Source of the DNA: Candidatus Bathyarchaeota archaeon
Lineage (GTDB): Archaea; Thermoproteota; Bathyarchaeia; Bathyarchaeales; Bathycorpusculaceae
Length of the DNA: 64,000 nt
NCBI GenBank assembly: GCA_963707955.1
Contig: OY970176.1
Span: 416,001 to 480,000, forward strand
Direction: 5' to 3'
Shown: positions 18,546 through 28,642 of the stretch, one piece after another
Layout: every line of letters starts with the position of its first letter
Position numbering within the stretch: the first letter of the stretch is position 1
Notes under the pieces: model-generated
Told to the model about the DNA's origin: nothing
Database searches by the model: none
What the model saw: only the letters and a program-made list of their open reading frames with translations
Program-made: the position numbers and the translations under genes

Positions 18546-19838
18546 CTACACCTCCAAGACTACAACTCCTGCTTGACATCCTGTGCCTCCGTGTCCGTGG
18601 ATGAACGCTTTCTTCGGCTTGCTGAGCTGCCTATTAGGCGCTCCCCACTTCTTACCGATCTGGTTGCTCAGCTGCCAGCAACTGTCTACGACTTGGGCAA
18701 TTGATGTTGAACCAACAGGGTGGCCCTGAGCTGTTAGGGCACCGCTAAGTTGACATGGAAGCTCCCCTTGGGCCTGAATTACGCCGTCTCTCACTAGCTT
18801 TTTTCCTTCGCCCCGCTTGCAGAAGTCGAAGTCTTCAAGCCCCGCTAGAATCACGCCTGCGTACGGGTCGAAGATTTCAACGAAGCTGATTTCTTTTCGC
18901 GGGTTCTTGATTCCAGCGTCCTTGTAGGCCATTCTGGCGGACACTCTTAATGAGCCGAAGTTCAACAGATCAGGGTATGGTGACATCGGCTTAGGAATTC
19001 CCTTAGGCCATACCTTTTCATCCTGTGGGTACAGGCCTTTCCAAGCCGGGTTGTCTGGACGGTCTCCAGCCCTCATCGTGTCGGAGCCGAAGCCTACACC
19101 ACTTATCCAGACAGGGTTGTCGGTTAGCTTCTTTGTCATCGCTTCATTTGCTAGAAGCAAAGCTGAGGCTCCTTCACTTGTCATCGCACATTCATAGGCC
19201 CTATAAGGCCAACAGATCAGTCGAGACTTGTACACGTCTTCCACGGTTATCCTGCTGAAGCCATGCTGAGCTGGCCACTGAGCGTACGGATTTTCAAGCG
19301 AGTTGTTGTGGCACATTGCTGAAACTTCAGCCAAGTCTTCCTCGGTGTCTCCGTACACGTGCATTCGACGGGCCTCCATCGTTGCGTAGAAAGCGTTGTA
19401 GGTGAAACCTGAAACAAAGTCCCAGTCGGTGTCTCCAGCAATGGCTATGGCTTCGTTGACCTTCTGGATGGGCAACTCGTTCATTTTTTCCCATCCAACC
19501 ACGAGGACGGCTGGGAACATGCCTGAACGTATCCACAGAGCTGCGTTGACTACTGCGTCGATTGGCGTTGCACCGCCTGATTCAACACGGTAAGAGGGCA
19601 CGCCTGACAAGCCCAAGTAGTCGTTTATTATCCAGTGCATGCACTGCTGCTGCTCCAAGATGTCGCTGAAGTAGGAGTAGCAACAAGCGTAACCCTTCTT
19701 GAGAAAGTCTCCAAGCTCAAGTTCTGGAACGTCATCAAGTATCATCTTGACAGCTTCAGCGCACATTTCCTCCTGCAAGGTGTGTCTGGGGTTATCAAAC
19801 CTTGAAATGCTTCCAGCGACTATTCCGACTTTCTTCAA
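18546..19838 (-). CDS. Thiolase-fold protein lacking the nucleophilic Cys
   Basis: VESGGAT in place of ExACAS; GWEKM, EIFDPY, QGHPVG, HGHGG. Confidence 0.85.
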   Translation of the reverse strand: MKKVGIVAGSISRFDNPRHTLQEEMCAEAVKMILDDVPELELGDFLKKGYACCYSYFSDILEQQQCMHWIINDYLGLSGVPSYRVESGGATPIDAVVNAALWIRSGMFPAVLVVGWEKMNELPIQKVNEAIAIAGDTDWDFVSGFTYNAFYATMEARRMHVYGDTEEDLAEVSAMCHNNSLENPYAQWPAQHGFSRITVEDVYKSRLICWPYRAYECAMTSEGASALLLANEAMTKKLTDNPVWISGVGFGSDTMRAGDRPDNPAWKGLYPQDEKVWPKGIPKPMSPYPDLLNFGSLRVSARMAYKDAGIKNPRKEISFVEIFDPYAGVILAGLEDFDFCKRGEGKKLVRDGVIQAQGELPCQLSGALTAQGHPVGSTSIAQVVDSCWQLSNQIGKKWGAPNRQLSKPKKAFIHGHGGTGCQAGVVVLEV

Positions 19839-19984
19839 CCTTCCACCTCAAGTTTAAAAGAGATAGTAAGTGGATTTCATCAACTATAAGATTTTTGCGG
19901 AGACCGCAGGCAACAACTGATGTCAGTCGCGGATTGAAAGCCTTTGGAGAATCTTTTTATAATTTTCACGTCACCCTTACTGAC

Positions 19985-21097
19985 ATGCGCGTATTACAGC
20001 TGTCCTCAGCATTGCCAGAAGACGAGTACGCAACCGAAGAACTGATAGATACTTTTCCATGCAAGCTCCCTGAAGGCGTCAGGCAGAATATTCTCAACTT
20101 GGGAGTTTCAAGACGATCGTTCATTGAAGGAGCATCTACAGGTTCAAAATCGGAAAAAGTCCTCAGCGAAGCGGGTCTCGTTGACCTATGCGTTGATGCG
20201 TGTAGGAGCGTAATCAATAAGACTGGCATTCCTATCAAAAACGTGGGCTACTTTGTTGCAGCTTATGATGTGAACCCAATCCTAAGCCCGGGTCTCAGCC
20301 AACTCTTGGTCAGGAAAATTGGTTTCGACCCGTATGTCAAGCATGTTAACGCTCAGGGATTCGCCAGCACAGCCTTTCCTAAAGCCTTGCAATTGGCAGA
20401 AGACCACTTGGCAACACGTCCCAAGGATAACGTTTTGGTCTGCGTTTCCGGGGTCAGCTCATACTGGTTTCAGAATCAGGTACGGGGCATGAAGACCGTC
20501 ACAGAAATAGGCCGAATCAATGAGTTCAATAACGAGCGGAAACGCCAGATGGAACTGAGGAAGTGGATTGCAACGATGGAGTATTTTCTTTTCGGAGATG
20601 GAGCAGCTGCTGCTATCGTAGCAAATGAAGGGGAAGGGTTGGCCGTTAAGAAGACAGTTGAGGTGACAAACGTAGGAGAGGAGGACTATCTGGCAGGTTA
20701 CGCTAGACTCGCAAGCTTGCCGGAACCTTTCAAGTTCGGATTCCACTCACACTTGGACAAGGATATTCCAAGACTGGGAGTCAAGTACACGGGTGTGGCT
20801 CTGAAGAAACTGCTTGGGAAGGACGCTGAAAACACTATTAGGACCTCTAAGAAGTGGGCAGTTCACACAGGCAGCCAAAAGATACTTGACGCTTTGGCCA
20901 AGCACCACGGACTTCGACGTGAGAAGCTGGAGGAATCGCATGAAGTGCTCAGAACGCACGGCAACCTATCTGGAGCAAGCTTGCCGTTCATCCTTGAAAG
21001 AATAGTCTCCACGCGTAAGCTCTCAAAAGGCGACATCGTTCTGATGCTGGGCTACGGATGGGGATTCTCAGCCGCTGCCACTCTGTTAGAAGCTTAA
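19985..21097 (+). CDS. Type III PKS / KAS-III-like condensing-fold enzyme
   Basis: LFGDGAAA, WAVHTGSQKILD (His), GNLSGASLPFIL (Asn), GYGWG; GFAS at the usual Cys position. Confidence 0.82.
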   Translation: MRVLQLSSALPEDEYATEELIDTFPCKLPEGVRQNILNLGVSRRSFIEGASTGSKSEKVLSEAGLVDLCVDACRSVINKTGIPIKNVGYFVAAYDVNPILSPGLSQLLVRKIGFDPYVKHVNAQGFASTAFPKALQLAEDHLATRPKDNVLVCVSGVSSYWFQNQVRGMKTVTEIGRINEFNNERKRQMELRKWIATMEYFLFGDGAAAAIVANEGEGLAVKKTVEVTNVGEEDYLAGYARLASLPEPFKFGFHSHLDKDIPRLGVKYTGVALKKLLGKDAENTIRTSKKWAVHTGSQKILDALAKHHGLRREKLEESHEVLRTHGNLSGASLPFILERIVSTRKLSKGDIVLMLGYGWGFSAAATLLEA

Positions 21098-21154
21098 GAA
21101 ACTGCTGATTCAGTGTGTGCCGAAAGGAACTTCAGCGAACACTGCCCCCTTTGA

Positions 21155-21712
21155 TCATTTCTTTTCGCCATGATCCTTCTCTTTCAAGTGATTGCTACCA
21201 CTGGCCTTGGCTACGATAGATTCAATAAACAACGTCTTAGCCTCTGTGTAGGCTTCACGATTAAACCTGTACTTTGCAGCCAACTCCTTCTTCAGCCTAT
21301 AATACTCTCCGGCCGCGTGCGGATGCGCTCGCAAGTAGTCTCTGAAGAGCAAGTGTCGCCTCCAAAAATCGCTGCCGCACTCAACCATATGTAAATGATA
21401 ATGCTTGTTAGGCACGTTTGAAGGGCCCTTACGGAAATAACGTCTTTCTGGAATTGAGTTCTCATACTCTGGAACATATTCGTAACCTATCGTCTCAAGC
21501 GGCCCAATACAACTCTGAGCATCGGAAAGATGGCGTATGCCAACCATAATGTCAATGATCGGCTTAGCTCCCAAACCTGGAACAGCCGTGCTTCCAACAT
21601 GCTCAATGGCAACAACCTTCTTTGCGATCACGCTCAGAATCTTTGCCTTCTCCCCTTCAAATAAGAGCGGCCAATTTGGGTCGTAATCCACCACTTTGAC
21701 AGGAGCTTCCAT
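21155..21712 (-). CDS. GrpB/UPF0157 family nucleotidyltransferase-fold protein
   Basis: YDPNW, IEHVGSTAVPGLGAKPIIDI, LFRDYLRAH, YTEAKT. Confidence 0.9.
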   Translation of the reverse strand: MEAPVKVVDYDPNWPLLFEGEKAKILSVIAKKVVAIEHVGSTAVPGLGAKPIIDIMVGIRHLSDAQSCIGPLETIGYEYVPEYENSIPERRYFRKGPSNVPNKHYHLHMVECGSDFWRRHLLFRDYLRAHPHAAGEYYRLKKELAAKYRFNREAYTEAKTLFIESIVAKASGSNHLKEKDHGEKK

Positions 21713-21940
21713 GCTGATTCTCCCTTAGCCTTCTGCGTCATGCTCTCGCGCACGATCTCTGCGTCGTTATCAGATAAAGACCTATTTAGCCACTTAGCCT
21801 CGATTCACACTTCAAGGCTACGCAGCGAGAACATCGGAAGTAGTGAATTTCTCATTTTTAAACCGATAAGAAAATATCTTTTTAGGCTTAATGCTGATAT
21901 GTTACCTTCAAGCAAAACATCGTTTCAGCGAGGGCATGAG

Positions 21941-23629
21941 ATGACAACGTTTGATGAGAAAACCATTAACGAAATAAGAAAAGAACGGCAACGTTGGGAG
22001 CAAACAACACTGCCAAACTGGACAAAGCAATGCAAGGAAAGAAAAAGCGAGTTTCGGAACACCTCTAATATGCTGATAAAAGGCTTGTACACGCCAGAAG
22101 ACATCAAGTCAATGGATTACATGCGCGATCTAGGCTTTCCTGGCGAGTACCCGTTCCTTCGAGGGGTGCACGCAACCATGTACCGCGGTCGATTGTGGAC
22201 GATGCGGCAGTTTGCAGGATTCGGCACAGCAGCACAGACGAACCGGCGCTTCAAGTATCTTCTTAAAGAAGGCGAAACCGGTTTGAGCATCGCTTTTGAT
22301 TATCCAACGATAATGGGCTACGACTCAGACCATCCGATGGGGCAGGGCGAGGTCGGGATATGCGGAGTGGCTATCACATCGTTGAAAGACATGGAAGTGC
22401 TGCTCGACGGAATTCCTCTTGACAAAGTCACAACGTCGATGACGATAAACGGGCCTGCAGCCACGCTGCTAGCCATGTACGTCGCAGTAGGCGACCAGCA
22501 GGGTGTGCCCAGAGAAAGGCTCGGTGGGACCACGCAGAACGATAACTTGAAGGAGTATTTCGCCCAGAAACTCTGCATCTATCCGCCGAAGCCTGCACTG
22601 AAACTGACAACGGACATAATAGAGTACTGCGCGAGACACTTGCCGAAGTGGAACCCCGTAAGCATAAGCGGCTACCACATCAGAGAAACCGGCGCAAACG
22701 CTGTGCAAGAGTTAGCCTTTACGATTTACGATGGAATAACCTATGTTGAATCCACGATGGAAAGAGGTCTCAAGGTCGACAATTTTGCCCATAGACTTTC
22801 ATTCTTTTTCGCGTCCCACAACGATTTCTTCGAAGAAGTAGCCAAATTCAGGGCTGCCAGAAGAATATGGGCAAAGCTGATGAAAGAACGGTTCCACACC
22901 AAGAACCCAAGGTCCATGTGGATGCGAATGCATGTCCAAACCTCGGGTTGCACACTCACAGCACAGCAACCGTTTAACAACATCACCCGCACCACGATTC
23001 AAGCATTGGCAGCCGTTTTGGGCGGAACGCAGTCGTTGCACACGAACTCTTTTGATGAAGCCTTGGCGCTGCCGAGCGAAAAAGCCGTGAGAGTTGCACT
23101 GAGAACACAGCAGATAATTGCCCACGAGAGCGGTGCGCCCTGCACCATAGATCCTTTGGCAGGTTCATACTACATAGAAGCCTTAACAAACGAAATGGAA
23201 GAAAAGGCGATGGAGTACATAGCGAAGGTGGACGAAATGGGAGGAGCCATCGTAGCCATAGAGAAAGGGTTCTTCCAGAAAGAAATTGCCGACAGCGCTT
23301 ACAAGTACCAGAGAGAGATAGACGAAATGAAACGCATAATTGTCGGCATAAACGACTTCACCGTCGAAAAGGAAGAAATACCCATAGAGCTCTTGAGGGT
23401 AGATCCTAAGGTCGAGAGGGAACAAGTTGTCAGTCTCCAAAAGCTAAGGCGGAAGAGAGATAAGAGAAAAGTTGAAGAAACCCTCGGAAAACTCCGTCGA
23501 TGCACAGAAAAAGATGAGAACCTCATGCCCGTAATAATAGAGGCAGTAAAATCCTATGCGACGATGGGCGAGATTTGCGAAGTGTTACGTCAGGTTTACG
23601 GAGAATACAAAGAGTTGATCATAATCTAA
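21941..23629 (+). CDS. B12-dependent acyl-CoA mutase, large subunit (isobutyryl-CoA-mutase-like)
   Basis: PGEYPFLRG, WTMRQFAGFG, QNDNLKEYFAQ, SISGYH, GGTQSLHTN. Confidence 0.92.
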   Translation: MTTFDEKTINEIRKERQRWEQTTLPNWTKQCKERKSEFRNTSNMLIKGLYTPEDIKSMDYMRDLGFPGEYPFLRGVHATMYRGRLWTMRQFAGFGTAAQTNRRFKYLLKEGETGLSIAFDYPTIMGYDSDHPMGQGEVGICGVAITSLKDMEVLLDGIPLDKVTTSMTINGPAATLLAMYVAVGDQQGVPRERLGGTTQNDNLKEYFAQKLCIYPPKPALKLTTDIIEYCARHLPKWNPVSISGYHIRETGANAVQELAFTIYDGITYVESTMERGLKVDNFAHRLSFFFASHNDFFEEVAKFRAARRIWAKLMKERFHTKNPRSMWMRMHVQTSGCTLTAQQPFNNITRTTIQALAAVLGGTQSLHTNSFDEALALPSEKAVRVALRTQQIIAHESGAPCTIDPLAGSYYIEALTNEMEEKAMEYIAKVDEMGGAIVAIEKGFFQKEIADSAYKYQREIDEMKRIIVGINDFTVEKEEIPIELLRVDPKVEREQVVSLQKLRRKRDKRKVEETLGKLRRCTEKDENLMPVIIEAVKSYATMGEICEVLRQVYGEYKELIII

Positions 23630-23641
23630 AGAGGAAACAAC

Positions 23642-24049
23642 ATGCGAAAAGACAGAAAAATTAGAGTGTTAATTGCAAAGCCGGGTCTAGACAGCCACGA
23701 TAGAGGGGCAAAGGTCGTTGCTAGGGCCCTAAGAGACGCTGGAATGGAAGTCATCTACACGGGCCTAAGACAGACCCCTGAACAGATAGTCGAAGCCGCC
23801 CTTCAGGAGGACGTTGACGTCATAGGCTTAAGTATCCTTTCAGGAGCCCACAAGACCCTTTTCCCGAGAATAATGCGGCTTCTCAGAGAACAAGACCTTA
23901 CAGACGTGATGGTTTTCGCTGGGGGCATAATCCCTGAGGAAGACGTAGTTAAAATGAAAAAGTTGGGAATAAAAGAAATCTTCGGACCTGGAACCACGAC
24001 AGAAACGATAATACGCTACGTTTTGGACAACCTTCCAAGAAGAAGCTAA
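23642..24049 (+). CDS. Acyl-CoA mutase cobalamin-binding small subunit
   Basis: [10 protein letters not shown] (DxHxxG), SILSGAH, GGIIP. Confidence 0.93.
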   Translation: MRKDRKIRVLIAKPGLDSHDRGAKVVARALRDAGMEVIYTGLRQTPEQIVEAALQEDVDVIGLSILSGAHKTLFPRIMRLLREQDLTDVMVFAGGIIPEEDVVKMKKLGIKEIFGPGTTTETIIRYVLDNLPRRS

Positions 24050-24070
24050 GAGTCAAGATGTGCGAGTGCA

Positions 24071-25036
24071 TTGACGAAAACGGAAGAATTGGCCAAAGGC
24101 GTTCTTGCTGGGAACCGCAGGAGCGTAGCGAGGGCTATAACCACTATCGAAAACAACGACCCTGAAGTTCAGGAACTGGTTGCCAGAATCTACGCCCACA
24201 CGGGAAAAGCTCACATAATAGGTTTAACGGGCGCTGGCGGCGCTGGAAAGAGCACTCTTATTGAAAAGATCGTCAAGGAATACAGGCGACGGGGCAGGAC
24301 GGTGGGTGTGGTCGCCGTGGACCCCACAAGCCCGTTCACAGGCGGGGCATTCTTGGGTGACAGGATTCGCATGCAAGAACTCTGCACTGACGAGGGCGTT
24401 TTCATACGTAGCATGGCAACCCGGAACTATGCAGGAGGAATAGCAAGGGCAACGAAAGACGCTGTGAAAGTCCTTGACGCCGCTGGAAAAGACGTGGTCA
24501 TAGTCGAAACTGTCGGTGCAGGTCAATCTGAAGTCGAGATCATCAAGGTTGCACAGACAATAGTCGTCGTCCACGCCCCAGGACTAGGAGATGAGATACA
24601 GGCGATAAAAGCCGGTGTGATGGAGATAGCCGACATTTTCGTCGTAAACAAAGCTGACCGCGAGAACGCGAATAAAGCTGTGATTGACATTCAGTCAAAC
24701 TTGCAGATGAACAGCAAGGAAATTCCGTGGAAACCGCCTGTTCTGAAAACGATAGCCTTGACTGGCGAGGGTATTCTGGAGCTGGTTGACAAGATTGAAG
24801 AACACAGATGTTTCCTTGAGGGCGACTTTGAGTGCAGAAGGGTCTCATTAAGGTCGAAAGCAGAGGCGGAACTCATTGACGCCATCAGAGAAAGAGTGAC
24901 AGGTTCTCTGATAGAAGAGTTGAAGAAGGAAGGAAAGTTTGACGCGCTCGTCCACAAAATCATGGAAAAGAAGACAGACCCGACGTCTGCCGCTGAAAAA
25001 CTTTTGAAGAAGGTTGTGCACGGTGCCGAAGCTTGA
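24071..25036 (+). CDS. meaB: Mutase-associated GTPase MeaB/ArgK
   Basis: GAGGAGKS, VDPTSPFTGGAFLGDRIRM, ETVGAGQSE, NKAD. Confidence 0.93.
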   Translation: MTKTEELAKGVLAGNRRSVARAITTIENNDPEVQELVARIYAHTGKAHIIGLTGAGGAGKSTLIEKIVKEYRRRGRTVGVVAVDPTSPFTGGAFLGDRIRMQELCTDEGVFIRSMATRNYAGGIARATKDAVKVLDAAGKDVVIVETVGAGQSEVEIIKVAQTIVVVHAPGLGDEIQAIKAGVMEIADIFVVNKADRENANKAVIDIQSNLQMNSKEIPWKPPVLKTIALTGEGILELVDKIEEHRCFLEGDFECRRVSLRSKAEAELIDAIRERVTGSLIEELKKEGKFDALVHKIMEKKTDPTSAAEKLLKKVVHGAEA

Positions 25037-25552
25037 AAAAGGATTGGTTCAAGTTTATACGGGGAACGGAAAAGGAAAGACTACGGCAGCTTTTGGACTT
25101 GCGCTCAGAGCGATAGGGAGAGGACTGAGAGTCTGCATAATCCAGTTTATCAAAGGCGGCTTCGACTACGGAGAACTGTACGTAATAGACAGGCTTCCGG
25201 GCCTCAAGCTGAAAGCGTACGGCAGAGGCAAATTCGTAGACGGAAGAAACCTGACAAGACGGACGTGGATCTAGCAGAGGAAGCTCTAACGACGGCTGAA
25301 AAAGCCCTCAGGGACGGCGAATGCGACATAGTTATACTGGACGAAGTCAACGTGGCTCTAAGCCTTAAGCTGATAAAGACCGAGAGTGTCCTAAACCTGA
25401 TCAAGAAGAAACCTGCACAAGTCGAGCTGGTGTTAACTGGACGGAACGCACCAAGCGAAATCGTTGAAGCAGCCGATTTAGTCACAGAAATGGTAGAGGT
25501 CAAACACCCGTACAGCAAGGGTTTTCATGCTCGAAAGGGAATCGAGTACTAG
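25014..25552 (+). CDS. cobO: Cob(I)alamin adenosyltransferase CobO/BtuR (1-nt frameshift near 25250)
   Basis: VYTGNGKGKTTAA and QFIKG in one frame; ILDEVN, LTGR, KHPY..GIEY in the next. Confidence 0.88.
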
Positions 25553-25586
25553 GCTCCCAAGAAAGCAGTGTATAAGTTGACCGGCC

Positions 25587-26282
25587 CTACTTCTCTTCTT
25601 TCAACGCGAGAGGGTATATTTCCTTAGCTACGTACTCCAAGTATGGCTCCTTCTCTGTCAAATTGAATATAGTCACGGATGCGTCTCGAGTTATGCCCAC
25701 AACATAGCCATGCTCCTTTGATCTTGCAACTACGTACCACAGGTCACCATGCTTGCCATAGTCCTCGAAAAGGGAAGTGTTTGTGAGGTCCGGCCCGTAC
25801 AGAGACAGTTTGTCGATGTTTGGAATATCCACGTTGTCAAAGAATGTTATTTTGGTGTCCTCAGGGTTCTTTAAGTGAAACTCTTTCAACGTTTCAGGAG
25901 AGATTCTAGCCTCTAGTACCCCCCCTGCTTTTTCAAACAGTACTTCACTAAGCTTGTTTGCTATGAAATTGGCAACACGCTTCTTCTCAACTATCGTCAA
26001 AAACGTCGTACCTTCACGTTCAACGAAGCTAAACATTGCTTCAACTGTTCGAGGGGTAGGCAAGATCTTGCCCCTGTGGAAAACCTGAGTGACATAGTCG
26101 TGAGAATAGATGCCTTTCAACATGTTCCCCTTAGGAAGGAGACCAGTGACCTCGGTGATAAGCGTAAGTTTGTAGTCTCCCTCTTCATAAGCTTCTTCGG
26201 TGCGGTAGCCCTCAAGTCTTGAAGCGATGTCCGCCACAGCAAGAGGCGCAGTCAGTTTGAAAACCTTACCAGCAACAACCAT
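25587..26282 (-). CDS. Conserved archaeal hypothetical protein
   Basis: 231-aa ORF with natural composition, divergent from the SMC-like operon. Confidence 0.75.
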   Translation of the reverse strand: MVVAGKVFKLTAPLAVADIASRLEGYRTEEAYEEGDYKLTLITEVTGLLPKGNMLKGIYSHDYVTQVFHRGKILPTPRTVEAMFSFVEREGTTFLTIVEKKRVANFIANKLSEVLFEKAGGVLEARISPETLKEFHLKNPEDTKITFFDNVDIPNIDKLSLYGPDLTNTSLFEDYGKHGDLWYVVARSKEHGYVVGITRDASVTIFNLTEKEPYLEYVAKEIYPLALKEEK

Positions 26283-26677
26283 TCTCGAACCTCAAACACT
26301 TAGTCTAGAAGGTTCTGCTTATGAAACTTTACGCTTCCAAACCTAAGAATGCAGATTGCGATCCTTGACTCCACCGGAGTCTCACTGAGCATTTGTCACA
26401 GTGCCAATGGAGCTCTGTTCGTTCTTAACGTAGGGTATCGGCGAACGCCATGAACAACCATGCTCCCCACGTCCATTGCACACGCGCCACGCAAACACCT
26501 AATCAAGTATGAAAAGTGATCTCGGATGGATGTGAAAGTGTTTTGGACATCGATGGTATCGAAATCCTCAGGAAAGCAGAATGCGTGAACTAGTCCATTT
26601 GTTGCAAAACTGTACTAATTGTTTTAATAAGGGAATTTTCACCTTTATTATCTACCACACGCCGGGAAAAATCATCA

Positions 26678-28642
26678 ATGCTGATTCAAGAGGTAATCCT
26701 CGAGAACTTCATGAGTTACGAGTACGGTAGGGTGCCCTTTAAACCAGGCGTGAATGTCGTCTGTGGACCAAACGGTTCGGGAAAGTCGTCTCTTCTTCTG
26801 GCCATATCCGTGGCTCTAGGGCAGTCCTACACTGAACGCTCTAGGAAACTGAGCGACCTCATACGTTGGGGCAAAGACCAAGCACGGGTGACCTTGGTTC
26901 TAGATAACACTAGGAGAGGAAAGAACAGGCCAGTGCCAAGATTCAACAAAGACCAGATTTTTCTCACACGCGTCCTGAGGCGTGACGGAACGTACTGGTT
27001 CTCTCTTGAAAACCATGCCGTCAATAAGAACGACGTTGAAAGACTCTTGGGAAGGTTGGGCGTTGACCCGGACAACATACTCATCATAATGCATCAGAAC
27101 ATGGTTGAACAGTTCACCGTGCTTTCTACCCAGGAGAAACTGCGAATAGTAGAAGCAGCAGTCGGACTTGAGCCCTACCGTGAAAATGTTTTGCAAGCAC
27201 AGAAAAAGCTGACTCGAATACTAAGCCAGGAAGAGTCAATGAGCAAACTCTTTGAGTCAGCTGAGCAGACATTGAATTACTGGAGAGGACAATACGATAG
27301 GTACCAAGAGAAAAAGCAGTTACAGTCGAAAAGAAGGTTCCTAGAAAGAGAGCTAGCGTGGGCCGAAGTTGCAAGAAGGGAAGAAACGGTAAGACAATTG
27401 GAGGCTGAGAGAAAAAAGCAACAAGGCATTCTTGACCAGATCGAAGAACATACAAGGTCGGCAAAGGGTCAGGTGCAGACTCAGGAACATGAGCGTGTGA
27501 AGCTGAAGGACTACTGGAAACAACTTTTTGACGAACGCCTGAGCTTCGAACGTCAGAAGGCGGGAAACTCATCGACAGTTCCGCTGTATGAACAACTCTT
27601 GAAAGAAACAGCGGCGCTAGAGATGCTCAGTCAAAGCCCTTACAAGGATACAACTCTTGAAACTGGGCAAGTTTCGAGGAGAACAGTGCAGATCAAACTC
27701 CTTAGGAGTGAAGAACTCAAAGAGTTGATACAAAATTCGAAAGAGCATGCCTCAAAATTGGACGCTGAAATAGAAAGAAATGAGATGAAGACGAGGAACT
27801 GGGAAGAAGCAACCGAAAAGGTGAATACTCAAATCTTGAGCCTTCGCATTGAATTGGCGCTTCTGCAATACCGAACGGAGAACGCGACAGCCAACGTCAA
27901 AGAACTCGAAAGATCCCTGAGTGAAGCGAGAACTCGTCTTGATGACACAGTAAAGAAGGTTGAGCAGGTCGGAGCCAGAATTGCAGTAATAGAGGAAGTT
28001 GGTAAAATCCTCGACGAAATACGCGTCACAGAAGGACACTTGGCTGCCCTTTCAGATGTCTCAGAAGACATTGAACGCATGTACGAATCCTATTCAAAAC
28101 TCTATCTTGAATTGAAAGAGAAAGCCCAGCTTGTTGCCGAAAACCGTGAAAAAACACTGGAAGAAGTGAAGACGAGAATGCAGTCTTGGCGAACTGTCAT
28201 CGGAAACCTTCTGGACCACGTCAACTTGGAGTACCAGAAAACCTTAACGCAAGCTCAAGCCGTAGGAGAGGTTAGACTCGCTAACGGCCATGACATAGAG
28301 ACAGCCGGACTCGAAATTCTCGTGGGGTTCAAAGGCGGAAAACCAGTCCCTCTTGACGCTTACACGCAGAGCGGTGGAGAAAGAACAACCGCAACGATGA
28401 GCTTTCTACTGGCCTTACAGCAACACGTTCGTTCCCCGTTTCGCGCCGTCGACGAATACGACATCCACATGGACCCGAAAAACCGTGAACTCGTCGCTCA
28501 GATGCTCGTCTCAAGAGTTAACGATTCAAACGCACAGTACATCGTAATAACTCCAAGCCAAGTGACGTTCACAAAAGAAGGAACAAACATAATCACAGTT
28601 CAAAACATCGAAGGCAAATCGATAATCAGAGAGGTGGCATAA
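26678..28642 (+). CDS. Short SMC-family ATPase, Smc5/6-like head
   Basis: ENFMSY, GPNGSGKSS, Q-loop MHQN, coiled coil, QSGGERT, PFRAVDEYDIHMDPKNR, QYIVITP. Confidence 0.9.
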   Translation: MLIQEVILENFMSYEYGRVPFKPGVNVVCGPNGSGKSSLLLAISVALGQSYTERSRKLSDLIRWGKDQARVTLVLDNTRRGKNRPVPRFNKDQIFLTRVLRRDGTYWFSLENHAVNKNDVERLLGRLGVDPDNILIIMHQNMVEQFTVLSTQEKLRIVEAAVGLEPYRENVLQAQKKLTRILSQEESMSKLFESAEQTLNYWRGQYDRYQEKKQLQSKRRFLERELAWAEVARREETVRQLEAERKKQQGILDQIEEHTRSAKGQVQTQEHERVKLKDYWKQLFDERLSFERQKAGNSSTVPLYEQLLKETAALEMLSQSPYKDTTLETGQVSRRTVQIKLLRSEELKELIQNSKEHASKLDAEIERNEMKTRNWEEATEKVNTQILSLRIELALLQYRTENATANVKELERSLSEARTRLDDTVKKVEQVGARIAVIEEVGKILDEIRVTEGHLAALSDVSEDIERMYESYSKLYLELKEKAQLVAENREKTLEEVKTRMQSWRTVIGNLLDHVNLEYQKTLTQAQAVGEVRLANGHDIETAGLEILVGFKGGKPVPLDAYTQSGGERTTATMSFLLALQQHVRSPFRAVDEYDIHMDPKNRELVAQMLVSRVNDSNAQYIVITPSQVTFTKEGTNIITVQNIEGKSIIREVA

